From an uncultured Acidobacteriota bacterium (lineage in GTDB: Bacteria; Acidobacteriota; UBA6911), in contig CAWJKZ010000013.1 of the NCBI GenBank assembly GCA_963843575.1, positions 256,001-320,000 on the forward strand: a stretch of 64,000 nucleotides of DNA, given 5' to 3'. Below are positions 57,918-64,000 of the stretch, in pieces (position 1 is the stretch's first letter; each line of letters begins with the position of its first letter). A program made the position numbers and the translations under genes. Under the pieces are notes generated by a model. It saw nothing but the letters and a program-made list of their open reading frames with translations, had not been told where the DNA came from and did no database searches.

Positions 57918-58290
57918 GCCCCCGCTCGGCCCCGACGCCCTGGCGCAACTCGAACTCGGCGTGACGCAGTTCAACCGCGGCCAATTCTTCGAATGCCACG
58001 ACACGCTCGAGGAGGCCTGGCAGGCGACGCGCGGGCCGGCGCGCGATTTTCTCCAGGGACTCATCCAGGTGGCGGTTGGTTTCTATCACCTCGACGCCGG
58101 AAACCTGCGCGGGAGCGAGAGCCAGTTCGAGAAAGGGCTGGCCCGGCTGGAACCTTACGGGGAGGGCTATCTCGGCGTCGATCTCGGCGCCCTGCGGCGG
58201 GATGCCCGCTCCTGGCTCGCCCGGATCAAGGCGGGGGACGATCTGCGGGCTGCTGCGGCGCCGCCGCGCCTGCACTACAAGCCCACCTAG
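57910..58290 (+). CDS. DUF309 family protein
   Basis: FN.G.FFECHD.LE..W, QGLIQ.AV..YH. Confidence 0.88.
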   Translation: MPEPPLGPDALAQLELGVTQFNRGQFFECHDTLEEAWQATRGPARDFLQGLIQVAVGFYHLDAGNLRGSESQFEKGLARLEPYGEGYLGVDLGALRRDARSWLARIKAGDDLRAAAAPPRLHYKPT

Positions 58291-58371
58291 CCGGCGTGGG
58301 CGGGGGCGGCCCGCCCACGCCCCAATCACCAGCCACCGGGCATCGAGAAATCCGCTGGCGGCCCGCCCGGC

Positions 58372-59184
58372 TCACGGCTTGGCGATCAGGGTCGCCGTCT
58401 TCATGAAGGCTAGGAAGCGCTGGTCTTCGCGGATCGGGTCGAAATCGGGTTCCTTTCTTATCGCATCGATGTCAGAAAAGCCCGAGCTGAGAGCCTGCTT
58501 GAGGCTCTCGACGGCCCGCTCGGCATCGCCCATCGAGGCGAAAAGTCGTGCCAGAAAGTAGGCGCGTTCGGTTGGCGACCTCTGCGCGCCCGCGGCCGAC
58601 AGGCTGATGCCCTCCGATTTGCCCATGATCGCCGGATCGATCGCGAGCCCCTTGCGCAGTTCCGCCATCCCCTTCTGCATCTTTCCCAGTTCGAAGTACA
58701 GCGTTCCGAGATTGACGTGAAATGAGGCGATGTCGGGCGCGAGGCTAATCGCCTTTTTGAAGTGTTTCTCGGCCTGGTTTTTCTCCCCGACCGCAAAGTT
58801 GACCGTGCCGAGGTTGTTGTAGGCGTATGGGTACTTTGGGTTCAGCCCGATCGAGCGCTGGAACGCGTTGGTCGCTTCCGGATAATACTTCAGCTGCGAA
58901 TAGGAGATCCCGAGTTTGTTGCTGATGAATTCGCTGTTGGGATTCAGCCTCGCGGCTTCGAGGTACTTGATCAGGGCGGCGTAAAAATCGCGGCGCGCGA
59001 ACGCGAGGTCCGCGTCCCGGGCGCACTCGTTGGCCTTGATGATGTCTTGCGCCGGGACCGGAACCCGGACCACGCGCTGGGGGCCGCACGCGAAAAGCAG
59101 CAGAACGAAGCAGGCGCACAGCAACGGCGTCGTTCTGCTGCTCGAAAACAGGCGCCGGCCCGGACGTGCCCGGTTGCCCGGCAT
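58372..59184 (-). CDS. TPR-repeat lipoprotein
   Basis: Lipobox LLFAC, repeated N.LG...Y..A...F TPR motifs. Confidence 0.82.
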   Translation of the reverse strand: MPGNRARPGRRLFSSSRTTPLLCACFVLLLFACGPQRVVRVPVPAQDIIKANECARDADLAFARRDFYAALIKYLEAARLNPNSEFISNKLGISYSQLKYYPEATNAFQRSIGLNPKYPYAYNNLGTVNFAVGEKNQAEKHFKKAISLAPDIASFHVNLGTLYFELGKMQKGMAELRKGLAIDPAIMGKSEGISLSAAGAQRSPTERAYFLARLFASMGDAERAVESLKQALSSGFSDIDAIRKEPDFDPIREDQRFLAFMKTATLIAKP

Positions 59185-59327
59185 CCCTCTCCCCCCGTCC
59201 TGTGGCGCAATCATTACATCTATCTTAGACCGGCACACCCGGCGGGTTCAAGAAATCCGCGGGAGGACATCCATCGCAGGAGAGAGCAGCCCGGGAAGGC
59301 CGGGGGATCGAGGCTTTGCACGTGCCC

Positions 59328-59729
59328 CTACAGGCGTCCTATGAAGCTCGAGGCCTTCAGGTCGAAATCCACCGGCCTCTCGAACAGCAGGAAATCGATG
59401 GGGGTGGTGTAGTGGATCTTCACGAAGATCTGTCCTGCCAGGTGCTCCACCTTGACATCGTCGCCCTTCAGGGTCAACTCGTTGCGTTTGGCGAGATCGA
59501 CGATGTTCTTCACCAGGGTCTCGTCGCTGTAAAAGTGCGCGCCCGCCCGGCTCACCTCGGTCCGCATGTCGGCCTCGAAGCTCTTGACCGCGTAGTACAC
59601 CGGGACCACGCGGATGCCGGCTATCACGACGACCGCTATCAGGGCGAGTGAGAAGAGGCAGCCGACCGTGCCTCTCCCTTCAGCGTTGCGGAGGAATCCA
59701 GGACTCGTGCGGAATAAGTGCAGGCTCAT
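59328..59729 (-). CDS. Hypothetical membrane-anchored protein (DUF4845-like)
   Basis: G-x-x-x-G-C-L pilin-like N-terminal TM, then P.YY. Confidence 0.6.
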   Translation of the reverse strand: MSLHLFRTSPGFLRNAEGRGTVGCLFSLALIAVVVIAGIRVVPVYYAVKSFEADMRTEVSRAGAHFYSDETLVKNIVDLAKRNELTLKGDDVKVEHLAGQIFVKIHYTTPIDFLLFERPVDFDLKASSFIGRL

Positions 59730-59843
59730 TGATCGTACCCGTCTCTCGGTGGTCCGTTTATATAATCGGCGCCGGAACGGATTTGCTTTACCGTGGATGG
59801 GGGCCGGGCCGAAGATATTATCGCGGCGGCGGCCCGTGCGGGA

Positions 59844-61646
59844 CTACTGCTCGACCTTCAGGACGGCGAGGAAGGCCTCCTGCGGGATTTCGACCTTGCC
59901 CAGGCGCTTCATCCGCTTCTTGCCTTCCTTCTGTTTCTCGAGCAGCTTGCGTTTGCGGGTGATGTCGCCGCCGTAGCACTTGGCCAGCACGTTCTTGCGG
60001 ATCGGGCGGACCACTTCGCGGGCGATAACCTTGCTGCCGATGGCTGCCTGGATGACCACCTCGAACATCTGCCGCGGGATCAGTTCCTTCATTTTGGCGG
60101 CCAGGGCGCGGCCCCTGGCCGGGGCATTCTCCTGGTGGACGATCAGGGATAGGGCGTCGACCGGTTCCCCGCCGACCAGGATGTCGAGCTTCACGAGGGG
60201 AGATTCCTTGTAGCCGGAGAAGTGGTAATCCAACGAGGCGTACCCGCGCGAGGCGGACTTGAGCCGGTCGTAGAAATCGAGGACGATCTCGTTCAGCGGC
60301 AGTTCGTAGGTGATGAGGACACGGTTCGAGGTCACGTACTCAAAGCCCTTCTGAACCCCGCGTTTCTCCTCGGCGAGCTTCAGGATCGGGCCGACGTACT
60401 CGTCGCTCGACAGGATCATCGCGGTGATCATCGGCTCTTCGAACTTCTCGATTTCACCGGCCGGCGGGAGTTTCGACGGGTTGTGGATTTCCGCGACCTC
60501 CCCTTTTTTGTTGGTGACCCGATAGCGCACGCCGGGCGCGGTCGTGATCAGCGACAGGTTGAACTCGCGCTCGAGGCGTTCCTGGACGATCTCCATGTGC
60601 AGTAGGCCCAGGAAGCCGCAGCGGAAGCCGAAGCCCAGGGCCCCGGAGGTGTCAGGCTCGTAGAAAAACGACGAGTCGTTGAGCTTCAGCTTCTCGAGGG
60701 CGTCGCGCAGGTCTTCGTACTGGGCGTTGTCGGTCGGATACAGCCCGGCGAACACCATGGGCTTGATCTCCTGGAATCCCGGGAAGGGTTCCGGGGTCGG
60801 CCTGGCGTCCTCCGTGACCGTGTCGCCGATTTTTGTGTCGGACACCCGCTTGATGCCGGCTACGATGAAGCCCACCTCGCCCACCGACAGCTCGTCGATC
60901 TCGAGGAACTTGGGGGTGATGACCCCGACCTGCTCGACCGTGAACGACTGCTGGGCGGCCACGAGACGCACACGGGTCCCCTTGCGCACGGTCCCGTCGA
61001 TGACGCGCACCAGCACGATGACCCCGCGATAGGCGTCGAACCAGGAGTCGAAAATCAGCGCTTTCAGCGGCTTTTCGTATTCGCCCTTGGGCGGCGGGAG
61101 CCTGTGGACGATTGCCTCGAGGATCTCTTCGGTGCCGATGCCCTCCTTGGCGCTGGCCAGGATCGCGCCGGAGGCGTCCAGCCCGATGATGTTTTCGATC
61201 TGCTCCTTGATCCGCGGTATCTCGGCGCTCGGGAGATCGATCTTGTTGATGACCGGGACGATTTCGAGATGGTGGTCGAGGGCCAGGTAGGTGTTGGCCA
61301 GCGTCTGAGCCTCGACCCCCTGCGAAGCGTCCACCACCAGCAGCGCCCCTTCGCAGGCGGAGAGGCTGCGCGAGACCTCGTAGGAGAAGTCCACGTGCCC
61401 CGGGGTATCGATCAGGTTCAGGATGTAGTCGTGCCCGTCTTTCGCACGGTAGTTCAGGCGGACGGAATGTGCCTTGATCGTGATGCCCCGCTCGCGCTCC
61501 AGGTCCATGGCATCGAGCACCTGATCGGACATCTCGCGGGCCGTCAGCGCCCCCGTCGCTTCGAGCAGGCGGTCTGCCAGCGTCGACTTGCCGTGGTCGA
61601 TGTGGGCGATGATGGAAAAATTGCGGATGGCGTTTTTGTCGCTCAA
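59844..61646 (-). CDS. lepA: Elongation factor 4
   Basis: [60 protein letters not shown]. Confidence 0.98.
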   Translation of the reverse strand: MSDKNAIRNFSIIAHIDHGKSTLADRLLEATGALTAREMSDQVLDAMDLERERGITIKAHSVRLNYRAKDGHDYILNLIDTPGHVDFSYEVSRSLSACEGALLVVDASQGVEAQTLANTYLALDHHLEIVPVINKIDLPSAEIPRIKEQIENIIGLDASGAILASAKEGIGTEEILEAIVHRLPPPKGEYEKPLKALIFDSWFDAYRGVIVLVRVIDGTVRKGTRVRLVAAQQSFTVEQVGVITPKFLEIDELSVGEVGFIVAGIKRVSDTKIGDTVTEDARPTPEPFPGFQEIKPMVFAGLYPTDNAQYEDLRDALEKLKLNDSSFFYEPDTSGALGFGFRCGFLGLLHMEIVQERLEREFNLSLITTAPGVRYRVTNKKGEVAEIHNPSKLPPAGEIEKFEEPMITAMILSSDEYVGPILKLAEEKRGVQKGFEYVTSNRVLITYELPLNEIVLDFYDRLKSASRGYASLDYHFSGYKESPLVKLDILVGGEPVDALSLIVHQENAPARGRALAAKMKELIPRQMFEVVIQAAIGSKVIAREVVRPIRKNVLAKCYGGDITRKRKLLEKQKEGKKRMKRLGKVEIPQEAFLAVLKVEQ

Positions 61647-61798
61647 TGACTCGTGCCGACCTCTTGATTGAACTGAGATGATACACGGTGCAACAGGCCC
61701 GCACAATAAAAGGCACCACGAGCTGTGGAGTGCGGCGGCTCGACGCCGCTTTGGGGTCGGCGCCCGGGCGCCGACCTTGGGCCGTCCATTCTGAGTGC

Positions 61799-62460
61799 TT
61801 ACCGGGAGCGTTTCAGGCCGATCCGGGGACAGAACCGGGAGATCGGGCAGCGACTGCACCAGGGCGACACCGGGACACAGAGGTTCTGGCCGAAGGTCAC
61901 GAGCAGATCGTTGAACTCCCGCCAGTAACGGCGCGGCAGCCTTGCCCGCAACGCGGTCTCGGTGTCGTCGGGCGTCCTGGTCGCGACGTAACCCCAGATG
62001 TTTGTGATCCGGTGGACGTGGGTGTCGACGCAGATGCCGTAATCGCCGAACCCGACCGTTACGACGAGGTTCGCGGTCTTTCGGCCGACCCCGGGCAGTT
62101 TCAGCAGTTCGTCGAGCCGCCGCGGCACGGCTCCGCCATACTGCTCGACGAGAATACCGCAGGTCCTGCGCAGGTTCCCGGCCTTCGTCCGGTAGAAGCC
62201 GACCGGGTAGATGAGGCGGGCGATTTCCGTTTCGGGCAGGGAAGCGATGGCCGCCGGGGTTCCCGCGGCCGAAAGGAGGCGTCGCGAAGCCTCGCCCGTG
62301 ACCGCGTCCTTGGTCCGGAGCGACAGTATGGTGCTGACGAGCGTCTCAAACGGCCGGTCCGCCGCCGCGTCGGCGATGGCGCCGACGGCCGGGACTTTCC
62401 AGCGGCGGATTTCCCGCCGCAGTATGCCCAACACCTCGCCGATGGTGCCCTCGACCCAGG
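61799..62460 (-). CDS. nth: Endonuclease III (start uncertain)
   Basis: [12 protein letters not shown] HhH motif, CVDTHVHR, C.....PWCSRCP....C Fe-S motif. Confidence 0.92.
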
Positions 62461-62535
62461 GCTCCGGACGTGCGCGGGAGGCGCTCTCACGGCCCCGCGA
62501 TTTCGGAGTTCCCGGAGAGGCAGGGGGCCCGGCCT

Positions 62536-63573
62536 TCAATCGGCGAGCCTGCGCTTGTAGAGCGAGGCGCTTTCCACCAGCTTGCTTTCGCCCCCGGTGT
62601 TGACGCAGTAGCGCGACTGGTACAGCGAGGCACCGCCGTACTCCCCCTTCTTGTTCACGGCGTAGTAGCTCAGGTTGAAGTTGGGCTTCCCGTCCGGGCC
62701 GAGCAGCCGCTTCTCCTTCGTGGTTCGCGCCACTCGTTCCAGGGTCTCGACGCAGGCCTGCTCCGGCGTCTTCCCCTGCCGCATCAGCTCGACCACCGTG
62801 TGGGCGCCGCAGACCTTTATGTTGGCCTCGCCACGCCCCGTGGAACCGGCGGCGCCGACCTCGTTGTCCACATAGCACCCGGCGCCGATGATCGGCGAGT
62901 CGCCGACGCGGCCCGGGATCTTCCAGGAAAGTCCGCTGGTGGTCGTCGTGCCGGCCAGGTTGCCGCTGACATCCAGGGCCAGGCAGTTGATCGTCCCGTA
63001 ATGCTTGATCACCTCGCCGAACGCAGTCCCGTCGAACTCCTCGGAGAGCCAGTTGTCGGTGGCCGAGAGCTTCGACCTCCACTCGAGCCACCTTCGGCGC
63101 GAGGTTTCGGTGAGCAGGTCTTCCTTCTGGAAGCCCATCCTCAGCGCGAACTTCAGCGCCCCTTCTCCCACGAGAAAGATGTGATCGGTCCGCTCCATGA
63201 CGAGGCGGGCTACCTTGGACGGCGTCTTGATGTTTTTCAGCGCCCCGACGGCCCCGCACCGGCAGGTCAGCCCGTCCATCACGCTGGCGTCCAGCTCGAC
63301 TTCCCCTTCCTCGTTCGGGAGGCCGCCGTACCCTACACTCGTGTCGTTCGGGTCTTCCTCGACGATGTTGACCCCCGCGATCACGGCGTCGAGCGGCTTG
63401 CCGCCGGACTTAAGTATCTCCATCGCCTTCGCGGTCGCCTTCATCCCGTTCGCGCTGGAGACAACCACCGGGATGGACGCCGGCGGCGCCGCGGCCGTCG
63501 ACGCGCCCGCCGATAGGATGCCGCCGGCCACGCCCGCGGCAGATGTCATTTTGAGGAAATCGCGTCGCTCCAT
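62536..63573 (-). CDS. Glycosylasparaginase (N4-(beta-N-acetylglucosaminyl)-L-asparaginase), Tat-exported
   Basis: MERRDFLK, SVGYGGLPN, LDASVMDG, GTI nucleophile, TTTSGL, GRVGDSPI.GAG. Confidence 0.92.
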   Translation of the reverse strand: MERRDFLKMTSAAGVAGGILSAGASTAAAPPASIPVVVSSANGMKATAKAMEILKSGGKPLDAVIAGVNIVEEDPNDTSVGYGGLPNEEGEVELDASVMDGLTCRCGAVGALKNIKTPSKVARLVMERTDHIFLVGEGALKFALRMGFQKEDLLTETSRRRWLEWRSKLSATDNWLSEEFDGTAFGEVIKHYGTINCLALDVSGNLAGTTTTSGLSWKIPGRVGDSPIIGAGCYVDNEVGAAGSTGRGEANIKVCGAHTVVELMRQGKTPEQACVETLERVARTTKEKRLLGPDGKPNFNLSYYAVNKKGEYGGASLYQSRYCVNTGGESKLVESASLYKRRLAD

Positions 63574-63708
63574 TTGCGGACCCATGCCAGCAGCCTCCTT
63601 CAAGACCGCCCACCCTTGCAGGTGAGCCGTCGAACAGCCGGATTCAAACACACGTTCAGGGGCGGTACAATCGCAAAGCAACGGGCGGGGTGAGCCGCCC
63701 CCGCCCAC

Positions 63709-64000
63709 CTATGCCCCGCAGCACTTCTTGTACTTTCTGCCGCTGCCGCAAGGGCATGGCCCGTTGCGTCCCGGGGCGCCCGCACCGGTCCGGCTCTCCT
63801 CTCGGGCGCGCACCCAGTCCATGACGTTGGCGGGTGGCCTTTCGTTGCGCAGCTCCTCGGCCATGAACCTCATGTAGGGATCGATGTGCCGGAAAAACAG
63901 CTTGTAGCCCGGGCATAGGTAATTCAGCCCTCCTTCTCCGTCCGGCGTGCGCGTGAAACGGTGCTTCGGGCACTCGCCGTTGCACGCGAAGCGGAACTCG
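63709..64000 (-). CDS. Anaerobic sulfatase maturase-like radical SAM protein, C-terminal part with SEC-C motif (truncated by window edge)
   Basis: Read manually as [12 protein letters not shown]...[13 protein letters not shown]...[20 protein letters not shown]. Confidence 0.85.
   Translation of the reverse strand, partial: EFRFACNGECPKHRFTRTPDGEGGLNYLCPGYKLFFRHIDPYMRFMAEELRNERPPANVMDWVRAREESRTGAGAPGRNGPCPCGSGRKYKKCCGA

Noticed and set aside
63709-64000. Sulfatase-maturase rSAM as part of the peptide cluster
   Set aside because: It lies ~35 kb away and has ordinary anSME and SEC-C features.

Overview
GC-rich bacterial chromosomal window, mostly housekeeping and metabolic genes (rnd, ttcA, polA, glpD, maeB, uvrA, lepA, nth, two two-component systems, an ECF sigma operon). 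An Acidobacteriota-like origin is my impression only. About ten conserved genes are split by apparent single-base indels, most likely long-read errors. The standout is a ~12.7 kb locus (15837-28519) of two convergent operons that looks like an uncharacterised RiPP/peptide-modification system. It has a 108-aa precursor with a 14-Cys CxC-x3 repeat core ending in HYWYPN and five radical SAM proteins with six rSAM domains, including an rSAM/SPASM-U32 fusion and an rSAM/SPASM-HemN-like fusion. It also has two stand-alone PqqD/RRE proteins (one with a twin-arginine signal) and a secreted FGE-sulfatase-domain protein, with no peptidase or ABC exporter. Other notable items are a MITE family that shares one hairpin core between two different terminal repeat sets, an HtrA-like protein lacking the catalytic triad, a GAFTGA-less NtrC-like regulator paired with a heme c sensor kinase, a BIME-like tandem hairpin array, REP-like repeats and several apparently leaderless genes. 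No rRNA, tRNA, CRISPR array or transposase gene was recognised. All protein calls come from motif recognition by eye, with no database search.
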